The translations under genes were made by a program, and so were the position numbers. From NCBI GenBank assembly GCA_043821285.1, contig JBDRCZ010000017.1:15947-79946 (forward strand): DNA of 64,000 nt, in the 5' to 3' direction. Under the pieces are notes generated by a model, which saw nothing but the letters and a program-made list of their open reading frames with translations, was not told the DNA's origin and did no database searches. Of the stretch, positions 7,529 through 17,125 are shown one piece after another. Each line of letters opens with the position of its first letter. Position 1 is the first letter of the stretch. The stretch is from Candidatus Omnitrophota bacterium. GTDB lineage: Bacteria > Omnitrophota > Gorgyraeia > B26-G9 > JBDRCZ01.

Positions 7529-10500
7529 ATGAAGCATTCCGATTTTGTGCACTTACATGTGCATACACAATATAGTCTTTTAGATGGGGCCTGTATGATC
7601 GATAATTTGGTCGATCAGGCTTATCAGCTGAAAATGCCGGCCTTAGCCATGACCGACCATGGTAACATGTTTGGCACAATTGAGTTCTATCAAGCCGCAA
7701 TGAATAAAGGGGTAAAACCAATAATTGGATGTGAGGTATATATTGCACCGGAAAGCCGTTTAAAAAAAACATCCAAGGCCGGGCGGGATACCGCATATCA
7801 TTTATTACTCTTAGCTAAAGATGAACAGGGATACAAGAATTTAATGAAGCTTGTATCAATTGGTTATCTTGAAGGATTTTATTATAAACCGAGAATAGAT
7901 AAAGAAATCCTGGGAAAATATGCCAAAGGTTTGATTGGTCTGAGCAGCTGCCTTAAAGGAGAAATTCCGGTGTTGATTGCCTCCGGATTAATTGAACAGG
8001 CAAAAAAAACAACCGCAGAATTTATTGATATTTTTGGTAAAGACGATTTTTATTTAGAGCTGCAGGATTCCGGCATCACTCAGCAAAGAACGGTTAACCG
8101 GCACTTACTCGAATTTGCCAGACAATTTGAAATTTTACCCGTTGCTACAAACGATGTGCATTATTTACTTAAAGAGCATGCGCAGGCACATGAAATATTG
8201 TTATGTATCCAGACACAAACAACATTAGCTGATCCCGGTCATATGCGTTTTCAAACCGAAGAGTTTTATCTTAAAAATCCTCAAGAAATGCATAGTTTAT
8301 TTTCGGATGTCCCGCAAGCGCTGAGAAATACCTTGGCGATAACAGAAAAATGCAATTTAGAACTGGATTTTAGCAAAGTTTATTTGCCGAAATATAAGGT
8401 TCCCGACGGAAAAAAACCAGAGATTTATTTATCGGAGTTATGCCACCACAATTTAAAAACACGCTATCCGGAGCCTACGGAGATTATCTGTAACCGCCTA
8501 ATGCATGAATTAAAAGTAATCAAAGATTTAGGTTATGCCAGCTATTTTCTTATTGTTTGGGATTTTATAAATTTTGCAAAACAAAAATCTATCCCTGTCG
8601 GGCCGGGCCGGGGGTCGGCCGCCGGAAGTATCGTTAGCTATCTCTTAGGGATCACGGATATTGATCCTTTAAAATATGACCTATTATTTGAGAGATTTTT
8701 AAATCCCGAAAGAATCAGTTTACCAGATATTGATATTGATTTTTGTTACGAAAGACGGGAAGAGGTTATTAAATACGTTACCGAGGTGTATGGAAAGGAA
8801 AATGTTGCGCAGATAATTACTTTTGGCACGATGGCCGCTAAAGGGGTAATCCGTGATGTTGCCCGGGTTATGGGACTACCCTACGTAGATGCCGACCGTA
8901 TTGCTAAACTTGTTCCTTATGATATCAATATTACCTTGCAGGATGCAATTAATAATGTTTCTGAACTAACAAATTTATATAAAACAGACCCAACCATAAG
9001 ACAACTTTTGGATACATCTTTATCACTTGAAGGGCTTACGCGTCATGCCTCAACGCATGCGGCGGGGGTGGTGATTAGCAGTGATCGTTTGACCGAGCAC
9101 GTGCCATTGTTTAAGCCTAATGACGCGGGCCAAATTTCCACAGGATATCCCATGGGGGCACTTGAAAAAATAGGCCTTTTAAAAATGGATTTTTTGGGGC
9201 TTAAAACTTTAACCGTTATTGATCAAACACTCAAAATTTTAAAACGTACCGGTAATCTTGAGTTAATAATAGAACATATCCCCCCGGATGATAAAAAGAC
9301 ATATCAGATGCTCTCTGAGGGGAATTCCACCGGAGTATTTCAGCTTGAGAGTTCCGGGATGAGGGAAATATTACGGAAGTTAAGGCCAGAAATGTTTGAG
9401 GATTTAATTGCCATATTAGCGTTATATCGGCCGGGACCTTTAGGCAGCGGAATGGTTGATGATTTTATAAAACGTAAACATAATAAGACAAAAATAAAAT
9501 ATGATCACAAACTGCTGGAACCTATTTTAAAAGATACATATGGGATTATTATTTATCAGGAACAGGTGATGCGGATCGTAAATATTTTAGCCGGGTTTAC
9601 CCTCTCGCAGGCAGATACCATCCGCCGGGCAATGAGCAAGAAAATACCGGAGGTTATCGATCAGCTTCGTAATTCTTTTATCGAGGGTGCAGTAAAAAGA
9701 AATATTAATAAACGGATTGCAGAAAAGATATTTAATTTGATTGAATATTTTGCCGGTTATGGTTTTAATAAAAGTCATTCTGCCGCTTATGCGCAAATAT
9801 CATATTATACGGCCTATTTAAAGGCAAATTACCCGGTTGAATTTATGGCCGCATTGCTGACCAGTGAAAAAGATAATACCGATAAGATTGCTTTGTATAT
9901 TGATGAATTGAAAAGAATGAATATAAAAATCTTGCCGCCTGATATAAACGAAAGTTTTGGTAAATTTACCGTAGTTGGCGGCGCAATAAGATTTGGACTT
10001 TCCGCGGTAAAAAATGTTGGCATCGTTGCGGTCGATGCAATCGTGCGTTCGCGTATTGAGAAAGGTGCGTTTACATCACTTTATGATTTTTCTGAGCGAG
10101 TTGATTTGAGAACGGTTAACCGAAAAGTTATTGAGAGTCTGATAAAATGCGGCGCTTTTGATAGCTTTAAAAAATCAAGGGCATGTCTAATAACATCTAT
10201 CGATAATGCACTGGAAGTGGCGACTTCCATGCAGAAAGATAAACAAAATGGACAATTGACCTTTATCGATAACTTCGGGTATAGTTTATTTAATAAAAAA
10301 GAGAATGACAATATCGAGGTTAAGGAATGGCCGCAAGGTCAGCTGCTTTCGTTCGAAAAGGAGATGCTCGGATTATATATCACCGGACATCCCTTAGCAC
10401 AATATGCCAAGATCTTAAGCAAATTTAATCATTGTTCTTTAAAAAATATTGCCGAATTCAATAATAATGACGTTATGCTTGGCGGTTTAATTGTAAAAGT

Positions 10501-10969
10501 TAAGTTTACGGTGACAAAAAGAAAACAGGAAAAAATGGCAGTAATTAAACTGGAAAATCTTGACGGAGCTATCGAAGTAGTGATTTTTCCGGAAACGTTT
10601 AAAAAGGTACAAAATAATGTTCGTGCAGACGCAATAGTATTTGTTAAAGGTAACGTAAACGTTCAGGAGGGATTACGTCCGAAAATCATTGCCCGTGATT
10701 TAATTCCGCTGGAAGATGTATCTTCTTCTCTTACTCAGTCAATAAGTTTACAGGTCGACCGGATAAACCATGAGGAATGTTTAATAAAAATAAAAAACAT
10801 TGTTAGAAATCATCCGGGAAAAGTACCCCTTTATTTAAATTTCAACAGTAGTGTACGCACCCCAACACAAATACTTACGGGAATGAAAGTTAAACCGACG
10901 GAAAAGCTGCTCAATGAGTTAGAAGACCTCATCGGAGCAGATAATATAAAATTCGAGCTCTCTCAATAA
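7529..10969 (+). CDS. dnaE: DNA polymerase III alpha subunit
   Basis: PHP domain FVHLHVHTQYSLLDGA, polymerase core GPGRGSAAGS and LPDIDIDF, 1146 aa. Confidence 0.95.
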   Translation: MKHSDFVHLHVHTQYSLLDGACMIDNLVDQAYQLKMPALAMTDHGNMFGTIEFYQAAMNKGVKPIIGCEVYIAPESRLKKTSKAGRDTAYHLLLLAKDEQGYKNLMKLVSIGYLEGFYYKPRIDKEILGKYAKGLIGLSSCLKGEIPVLIASGLIEQAKKTTAEFIDIFGKDDFYLELQDSGITQQRTVNRHLLEFARQFEILPVATNDVHYLLKEHAQAHEILLCIQTQTTLADPGHMRFQTEEFYLKNPQEMHSLFSDVPQALRNTLAITEKCNLELDFSKVYLPKYKVPDGKKPEIYLSELCHHNLKTRYPEPTEIICNRLMHELKVIKDLGYASYFLIVWDFINFAKQKSIPVGPGRGSAAGSIVSYLLGITDIDPLKYDLLFERFLNPERISLPDIDIDFCYERREEVIKYVTEVYGKENVAQIITFGTMAAKGVIRDVARVMGLPYVDADRIAKLVPYDINITLQDAINNVSELTNLYKTDPTIRQLLDTSLSLEGLTRHASTHAAGVVISSDRLTEHVPLFKPNDAGQISTGYPMGALEKIGLLKMDFLGLKTLTVIDQTLKILKRTGNLELIIEHIPPDDKKTYQMLSEGNSTGVFQLESSGMREILRKLRPEMFEDLIAILALYRPGPLGSGMVDDFIKRKHNKTKIKYDHKLLEPILKDTYGIIIYQEQVMRIVNILAGFTLSQADTIRRAMSKKIPEVIDQLRNSFIEGAVKRNINKRIAEKIFNLIEYFAGYGFNKSHSAAYAQISYYTAYLKANYPVEFMAALLTSEKDNTDKIALYIDELKRMNIKILPPDINESFGKFTVVGGAIRFGLSAVKNVGIVAVDAIVRSRIEKGAFTSLYDFSERVDLRTVNRKVIESLIKCGAFDSFKKSRACLITSIDNALEVATSMQKDKQNGQLTFIDNFGYSLFNKKENDNIEVKEWPQGQLLSFEKEMLGLYITGHPLAQYAKILSKFNHCSLKNIAEFNNNDVMLGGLIVKVKFTVTKRKQEKMAVIKLENLDGAIEVVIFPETFKKVQNNVRADAIVFVKGNVNVQEGLRPKIIARDLIPLEDVSSSLTQSISLQVDRINHEECLIKIKNIVRNHPGKVPLYLNFNSSVRTPTQILTGMKVKPTEKLLNELEDLIGADNIKFELSQ

Positions 10970-10996
10970 AAAATTTCTTTTACGAGAAATTTTTTA
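10970..10996 (+). terminator. putative intrinsic terminator after dnaE
   Basis: AAAATTTCT-TTTACG-AGAAATTTT followed by Ts. The stem is entirely A/T, so it is weak. Confidence 0.4.
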
Positions 10997-11082
10997 TGTA
11001 TTTTTTACTAAAACCTGTGTTCAAAAGGGCTTGACCAAGTTAGTAAAATCTGCGATCATCCTGTGTTATTGTGTTATTTAGT

Positions 11083-11111
11083 TTGACAAATTAACAGTAA
11101 TAACTTATTAT
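11083..11111 (+). promoter_or_regulatory. sigma70-like promoter upstream of the pilT leader
   Basis: TTGACA (11083-11088), 17-nt spacer, TATTAT (11106-11111). Confidence 0.5.
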
Positions 11112-11270
11112 AGTTATTGCTGAAAAACCCCAGCAATGACTTGATTACAGTGATATTCGTCCTTTACCTTTGCTGAAAGGTCATTGCTTGAACTAATGCC
11201 AAGTTACATCAAGGGAAAAAGCTGCAGCACTTAGAGAAAGCTTGAAAACCGTAGGTTCTAATATCACAAG

Positions 11271-11319
11271 CTGGACGAGTCAAAAGCAAGCATGATAAAG
11301 AATAATTTGACTCGTCCAG
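11271..11319 (+). promoter_or_regulatory. 14-bp perfect hairpin abutting the pilT start
   Basis: CTGGACGAGTCAAA (11271-11284) pairs with TTTGACTCGTCCAG (11306-11319), with a 21-nt loop. It ends 1 nt before TTG 11321. Confidence 0.6.
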
Positions 11320-11320
11320 T

Positions 11321-12718
11321 TTGAAAAAAACTACGATTATGAGAATTGAAAGTAGAAAATCTACGCGGCTCCGTACGCGCTTACGAATTAAATATCAGAT
11401 TGTTGCCAGTGACGACAGTTTATCAGGTCCAGTATATACAACTAACCGTGATATAAGCGCAAGCGGGATGCTGTTTGAAAGCCCGCGATTAATACCAATT
11501 GATACAGAACTTTACATAACTTTTAATATCCCGGGAATTGATCATCCCTCCCATGTTAAAGGAAGAGTTATCCGCATTGAAGAAAAAGAATTGGGTAAAT
11601 GGTTTTTAATTGGGGTAATTTTTACGGAAATAACGGATGATAATAAAAATGAGATAATCCGCCGCATCGAATTAATGGATATAATGCGGTTATTGCAGGT
11701 TACACATCAACGGCATGCCTCAGATTTACATTTAACTTATAATCGGCCGCCAATCTTGAGAATACATGGAAATTTAAAATTACTGGAGATGGAACCATTA
11801 GATTGTGATGATTTAAAAAACATGATCTATAGTATAATGACAGATGATCATATAGACAGATTTGAAAAACTTAAAGAATTAGATTTTGCATTTTCCCCTA
11901 ATCCGGAACTGCGTTTTCGCGTTAATGTACATCAGCAGCGCGGTAATATTGAAGCAGCTTTTAGAGCGATTATGCCAGAAATACGCTCGATCAGAGAATT
12001 AGGACTGCCATCGGTAGTTGAAAATTTAGCCAGAAAAAAGAAGGGAATTATTGTAATTGCCGGAGCAACCGGAACGGGAAAAACAACAACCTTAGCATCA
12101 ATGGTTGACTTAATTAACAAAGAAAGAGAAACAGTAATAATTTGCCTGGAAGACCCGATTGAATATGTGCATACTAATATTAATAGCATTGTTAAGCAAA
12201 GAGAAATCGGAACCGATACCCTGTCTTTTGCCGGCGCCCTAAAACAAGCGCTACGGCAGGACCCTGATGTGATTATGATTGGAGAGATGTTAGATGCCTC
12301 AACGGTTCGTACCGCAATAACCGCCGCAGAAACCGGGCATTTGGTAATTACTTCTTTGCATGCACCGGATACGGTACAGGCAATTGATCGATTAATTAAT
12401 ATCTTTCCGCCGCAGCAGAAACATCAATTCAGTTTTCAACTCTCTAATTGCCTCGAAGGAATTATTACCCAACTTTTACTCCCGCGTCGGGACAGGGAAG
12501 GCCGGGTGGTAGCAACCGAGGTTATGACGATTACAGATGCTGTGCGCAATCTAATCCGCGATTGTAATACCGTACAAATTCCTTCTGTTATCCAAACCGG
12601 GGCAAAATATATGATGCATACAATGGCCGAATCCATAAAAAGATTGTATGAAAATGGGTTGATTACCAAACGTGTGGCAATTGACCATTGTCCTGAACTT
12701 GAAGAAATTTTATCTTGA
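11321..12718 (+). CDS. pilT: PilZ domain fused to PilT-type type IV pilus retraction ATPase
   Basis: N-terminal PilZ motifs RKSTR and DISASG. PilT core ASDLHLTYNRPPILRIHG, Walker A GATGTGKTTT. ATG 11339 is an alternative start. Confidence 0.85.
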   Translation: MKKTTIMRIESRKSTRLRTRLRIKYQIVASDDSLSGPVYTTNRDISASGMLFESPRLIPIDTELYITFNIPGIDHPSHVKGRVIRIEEKELGKWFLIGVIFTEITDDNKNEIIRRIELMDIMRLLQVTHQRHASDLHLTYNRPPILRIHGNLKLLEMEPLDCDDLKNMIYSIMTDDHIDRFEKLKELDFAFSPNPELRFRVNVHQQRGNIEAAFRAIMPEIRSIRELGLPSVVENLARKKKGIIVIAGATGTGKTTTLASMVDLINKERETVIICLEDPIEYVHTNINSIVKQREIGTDTLSFAGALKQALRQDPDVIMIGEMLDASTVRTAITAAETGHLVITSLHAPDTVQAIDRLINIFPPQQKHQFSFQLSNCLEGIITQLLLPRRDREGRVVATEVMTITDAVRNLIRDCNTVQIPSVIQTGAKYMMHTMAESIKRLYENGLITKRVAIDHCPELEEILS

Positions 12719-12773
12719 CATATATAATTTTATTATGATATATTAATATAACAACTAATAAAATCAAAAGTTT

Positions 12774-13262
12774 ATGATAAGTAAAGCGCTAGAAAATAAA
12801 ATCCAGGCAGTAGAAGAATATTTGGAATTGTGGCTGCGTTTTCACGACTTGTATAAAGAAGTTACACAAACGCAGGTAGTTAACCCCACTAAAGAAAAAG
12901 AATTTATGGATTTAAAAAGCTTGCTAACCCGTAAATATCAGGGACTGTTGGATACTTTAAATATACAATTAACTACGGAAGACCGCACTTTTGATGTTGT
13001 ATCACAACTCCTTTCTTTAAAAGATGTTATAAATATTTCCGAACTGCAAATGCAGAAAATTGAAACAGAATGGCATAATTCATATATTTCCTTAAATAAG
13101 ATGCTCGGGTCATTAGAAAATAGAAAAACAGAACTTGCCAATATAAGCCATGTAAAAGTAATTATTAACAAAATATTTTCTGGCCCATTGGTTTCGTTAT
13201 TATCGGTAATTATTGCCATTATTATCTTTTACTTGATTTATACAAAATTTTTTAATTACTAA
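12774..13262 (+). CDS. hypothetical protein with C-terminal transmembrane helix
   Basis: 162-aa ORF with hydrophobic tail PLVSLLSVIIAIIIFYLIY. No recognisable family. Confidence 0.4.
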   Translation: MISKALENKIQAVEEYLELWLRFHDLYKEVTQTQVVNPTKEKEFMDLKSLLTRKYQGLLDTLNIQLTTEDRTFDVVSQLLSLKDVINISELQMQKIETEWHNSYISLNKMLGSLENRKTELANISHVKVIINKIFSGPLVSLLSVIIAIIIFYLIYTKFFNY

Positions 13263-13382
13263 TGGAGAACCACGAGTATAACCCGTGATTTATCCATATT
13301 CAAAAAATGTTTCGCATTTTTGGGTTAGCTTAACCAATAATTATACAGTAGCAAAAAATACAAGAAAGGAGGCGGGTAATCT

Positions 13383-13655
13383 ATGACAAAAAAAGATATT
13401 GTGATAAAAATCTCGAATGAAACAAAAATAAAACAGCTGGAAGTAAAAAGGGTTGTGCAGAAAATACTTGATGTGATTATTGAAAGTTTAGTAAACGGGC
13501 AAACAGTTGAACTGCGAAATTTTGGCGTTTTTAAGGTAAAGTCCCGCAGAGGACGCACGGGCAGAAATCCGCGTACTGGTGAAGTAGTACCGGTTCCGCC
13601 AAAAAAGATTGCGGTGTTCAAACCCGGGCTGGAAATGAAAAAACAGGTAAAATAA
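13383..13655 (+). CDS. HU/IHF-family DNA-binding protein
   Basis: Blocks VELRNFGVF and GRNPRTGEVVPVPPKKIAVFKPG; RBS AAAGGAGG upstream. Confidence 0.85.
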   Translation: MTKKDIVIKISNETKIKQLEVKRVVQKILDVIIESLVNGQTVELRNFGVFKVKSRRGRTGRNPRTGEVVPVPPKKIAVFKPGLEMKKQVK

Positions 13656-13770
13656 ATACGCGATATCGAATTACTATTTATTTATCAATAGGTTAAGATA
13701 AAAGATATTCGTAAAATATAAGAACCCCAATGCATTAATTGGTATGGCAATGGGGTATTTTTCTAATTAA

Positions 13771-15063
13771 ATGAAGGAAATTAAGCGGTTAAAAGGTATC
13801 AATGATATATTGCCAGGGGAGGCCGTTGCCTGGCAGTTTATAGAAGATAATGCCCGTACTATTTTTGAGCATTATGGATATGAACAAATCCGCCTGCCGC
13901 TCATTGAATATTTGGATTTATTTACCCGCAGTATTGGCGAAACTGCAGATATTGTCCAGAAGGAAATGTATCGCTTTACAGATCGTGCCGGTAGAGTTAT
14001 TGCCCTGCGGCCGGAAGCAACTGCGGGTGTAGTCCGGGCATATATAGAAAATGATCTAAAACGGGAAGGATTAAAAAAATTATACTATAGCGGAGCAATG
14101 TTTCGCGGAGAAAATCCTCAAGCCGGCAGATATCGTCAGTTTCATCAAATCGGGGTAGAGGCAATTGGGTCATCTAGTCCATATCTTGACTGTGAAATTA
14201 TTGTCATGCTGGATAACTTTTTGCAAAAAAATACCCTGACAAATTATGAAATCATTTTGAATAATGTTGGCTGTTTACAAGATCGAGAGAAATTTTCAAA
14301 GCATTTAAAACAGATTCTTAATCCACAAATTGATCTTCTTTGCATAGATTGTAGAGTCCGTCTTACAAAAAATCCCTTGCGAATTTTCGATTGTAAAAAT
14401 GCGCCGTGCAAAAAATTGCTGCAAAACCTGCCGAAAATTTCTGAAAATATCTGCCCTGACTGTGCCGCACATTTTACAACTGTTACAAAACTTTTGACAG
14501 ATTTAAATATTCGATATATTATTGACCATAATCTTGTAAGAGGATTAGATTATTATACAAAAACCGTGTTTGAAATTACCCATAAAGAATTAAGCGCACA
14601 AAATGCAATATGTGCCGGAGGACGTTACGATAATCTCATCGCAGAACTTGGCGGGACAGCAACTGGCGCATGCGGCTTTGCCCTTGGGGTTGAAAGATTG
14701 ATTATCGCACTTAAAAATACCGGTTTTGGTAAGTTAACGTACAATTATCCCAAAGTATATATTGCCACCTTAGGTGATCAGACAGTAAATGAAGGATTTA
14801 ATATCTGGCATGCCTTACATCAGGAAACTATTTCTACGACAATAAATTATGAAGGAAAATCATTAAAAGCTAAATTACGGCTGGCAAATAAACAAAATGC
14901 ATTATTGGTAATTATTCTTGGGGAAAATGAAATGTCCGCGGGAACCGTCATGGTAAAAGATATGCATACTAAATCACAAGATGTTGTTGCACGGGAAAAT
15001 CTTGTTTCTTATATAAAGGATCGTCTGAATATCCCCCCAATTTGCCGCAGTACTGGTGGATAA
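13771..15063 (+). CDS. hisS: histidine--tRNA ligase
   Basis: Class II aaRS blocks MYRFTDRAGRVIALRPEATAGVVRAY, RQFHQIGVE, GGRYDNL. Confidence 0.95.
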   Translation: MKEIKRLKGINDILPGEAVAWQFIEDNARTIFEHYGYEQIRLPLIEYLDLFTRSIGETADIVQKEMYRFTDRAGRVIALRPEATAGVVRAYIENDLKREGLKKLYYSGAMFRGENPQAGRYRQFHQIGVEAIGSSSPYLDCEIIVMLDNFLQKNTLTNYEIILNNVGCLQDREKFSKHLKQILNPQIDLLCIDCRVRLTKNPLRIFDCKNAPCKKLLQNLPKISENICPDCAAHFTTVTKLLTDLNIRYIIDHNLVRGLDYYTKTVFEITHKELSAQNAICAGGRYDNLIAELGGTATGACGFALGVERLIIALKNTGFGKLTYNYPKVYIATLGDQTVNEGFNIWHALHQETISTTINYEGKSLKAKLRLANKQNALLVIILGENEMSAGTVMVKDMHTKSQDVVARENLVSYIKDRLNIPPICRSTGG

Positions 15064-15111
15064 GACCGGGGATAAATTCTCTTCGCCAAAAAGCATAGCC
15101 GGTTATTAAAA

Positions 15112-16263
15112 ATGTTAAGTATCGATAAAATTTATAATATAGAAGAGTTGACGTTAGCGCCCTATGCGATGAAATCGAAAGACAGTCGCGGCCGGGGACA
15201 TAAGGAAAAAGAGCATGCCTACCGGAGTATTTATCAACGGGACCGAGACAGAATTGTCTATTCTACGGCATTTCGACGTTTACAGTATAAAACCCAGGTT
15301 TTTGTTAATTATGAAGGGGATCATTACCGTACACGCTTAACCCATACATTGGAAGTTGCTCAAATTGCAAGATCAATTGCCCGGGCACTACAATTAAACC
15401 AGGATTTAACCGAGGCGATTGCCATGGCACACGATATCGGGCACACGCCGTTTGGTCATGCTGGTGAAGCAGAGCTTCACGAATTAATGAAAGATCATCG
15501 CGGGTTTGAACACAACCGGCAAGGATTAAGAATCGTCGATCTGCTGGAAAAAAAATATCCAAACTTTACGGGACTAAACCTTACATGGGAAGTGCGTGAG
15601 GGGATAATAAAACACCAGACATTATATGACCGGCCGGAAGCAAAAGAATTTGAACCAAACAAGTTTCCTACACTCGAAACGCAAGTGGTCAATTGTGCAG
15701 ACGAAATTGCATATGACAATCATGATTTGGATGATGGGCTGCGCAGTGGTTTGATTTCGATTGCGGAGCTTAAAGATATCAGTCTCTATAAAGACATGTC
15801 AATGCAAATGAAGAATAACGATTTTGATGGTTCTTCGGATATATACCGGCATCAATTGGTACGTAATTTAATAGATTTTCAAATAAATAATCTCCTAATT
15901 TATTCTGAAAAAATATTAAAAGAACTAAAAATAAAATCTGTTTTAGATGTACGAAATGCAAAAAAAACATTAATTACTTTTACTCCGAATATGCTAAGTA
16001 AAAGAAAATATTTACAATCTTTTCTCATGGAAAAACTTTATAAAAATTATAAAGTAATGCGCATGTCTGATAAAGCGCGGCGTTTTATAAATCAGTTGTT
16101 TAAGGTGTATCTTGCAAAACCAAAACAACTCCCGCCAACTGTTCAGCAATGGATTAAGGCAGAATCAAAATACAGAGCAATATGTGACTATATTGCCGGA
16201 ATGACTGACCGTTATGCCCTTGATGAATACAAAAAGCTTTTTACCCCTTACGAGCGTGTCTGA
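15112..16263 (+). CDS. dgt: dGTPase-like HD-domain triphosphohydrolase
   Basis: YQRDRDRIVYSTAFRRLQYKTQVF, RLTHTLEVAQIAR, AHDIGHTPFGH. Confidence 0.85.
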   Translation: MLSIDKIYNIEELTLAPYAMKSKDSRGRGHKEKEHAYRSIYQRDRDRIVYSTAFRRLQYKTQVFVNYEGDHYRTRLTHTLEVAQIARSIARALQLNQDLTEAIAMAHDIGHTPFGHAGEAELHELMKDHRGFEHNRQGLRIVDLLEKKYPNFTGLNLTWEVREGIIKHQTLYDRPEAKEFEPNKFPTLETQVVNCADEIAYDNHDLDDGLRSGLISIAELKDISLYKDMSMQMKNNDFDGSSDIYRHQLVRNLIDFQINNLLIYSEKILKELKIKSVLDVRNAKKTLITFTPNMLSKRKYLQSFLMEKLYKNYKVMRMSDKARRFINQLFKVYLAKPKQLPPTVQQWIKAESKYRAICDYIAGMTDRYALDEYKKLFTPYERV

Positions 16264-16421
16264 TACACAGATGATCAGGAATAATGCGTGAAAACACTAT
16301 TTTTAATAGCCTTTTCAGACGACAACTGTGTAAAAGTTTTTAGCAAAAGTGTAGAATTTATCGAAACTTGATTTTTTGCATGCTCTTAAATGCAAAGGCT
16401 GATGAAACAGGGAAAGATAAA

Positions 16422-16498
16422 GCCACGGATTAACACTGATTGCACTCGGATAAAAAAAGACGAGGCCTAAATATTAAATTCACGTATTATTCAGGATA
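16422..16498. repeat. CAC[GT]GAT word array plus shared 30-nt block
   Basis: GCCACGGATTAACACTGATTGCACTCGGAT (16422-16451). The block AAATTCACGTATTATTCAGGATAATCT recurs at 1534-1562 with 2 mismatches. Confidence 0.65.
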
Positions 16499-16525
16499 AT
16501 CTGTGTTTTAAGTGGTTTAAAGGGC

Positions 16526-16554
16526 TTGACAAAATATATTGCAAGTGTTAATAT
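16526..16554 (+). promoter_or_regulatory. sigma70-like promoter of the PilZ/HD-GYP operon
   Basis: TTGACA (16526-16531), 17-nt spacer, TAATAT (16549-16554). Confidence 0.6.
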
Positions 16555-16738
16555 TAAAATATGAAGTATAAGTTGTAATTAAAGATTTAAAAAGTGTGTT
16601 GTATTCAAAAAAGGGGGATAAATTTCCCGTAAAAGGAACAGGGCGGATCATCAAAGAAGTGCGCGTGATATCCGCCTAACAAACTGGCGGATTAAATTCC
16701 CCGCCAAAAGACATGGCGGGTCATTTAAAGGAGGGGGA

Positions 16739-17125
16739 ATGAAAAAGGGAGGACCAATTGCAGAAAAACGGAAGTTTAACCGTATTATCACCGCGGATGT
16801 TGCTGTAAGCTATAAGCTGTATAATACACAAACACTTCCCATGTATCAAGAAATGATCGAAGAAGATGCAAGAAATATAAGTTTAGGTGGTATTGCATTT
16901 AAAACCCATGCGTTACTGCCTGTTGATACACCAATTGGTTTAACTATTCGTTTTGGAAAAACAGCTCCAATAAAAACTTTTGGCCGTGTTGCATGGATAA
17001 GTCAATCAGAAGGATTATCTCAATATAATGTGGGAATTCGTTTTTCCTGGTGGGTGTCAAATGAAGATCGGAAAATCCTGAACAACTATATTGACAAACA
17101 ATTGCCACCAGGAAGTTCAAACTAA
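16739..17125 (+). CDS. PilZ domain protein
   Basis: RKFNR and NISLGG motifs. The stop overlaps the next start (TAATG). Confidence 0.7.
   Translation: MKKGGPIAEKRKFNRIITADVAVSYKLYNTQTLPMYQEMIEEDARNISLGGIAFKTHALLPVDTPIGLTIRFGKTAPIKTFGRVAWISQSEGLSQYNVGIRFSWWVSNEDRKILNNYIDKQLPPGSSN

Noticed and set aside
7336-7575. 79-aa ORF spanning the guaA-dnaE spacer into dnaE.
   Set aside because: It is the translation of the repeat-filled spacer, overlaps the dnaE start and has no support.
11112-11320. pilT leader (and the 16556-16738 leader) considered as c-di-GMP class I or II riboswitches.
   Set aside because: I could not match the conserved GEMM-type core sequences by eye, so I only flag these as structured leaders. 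An Infernal scan is needed.
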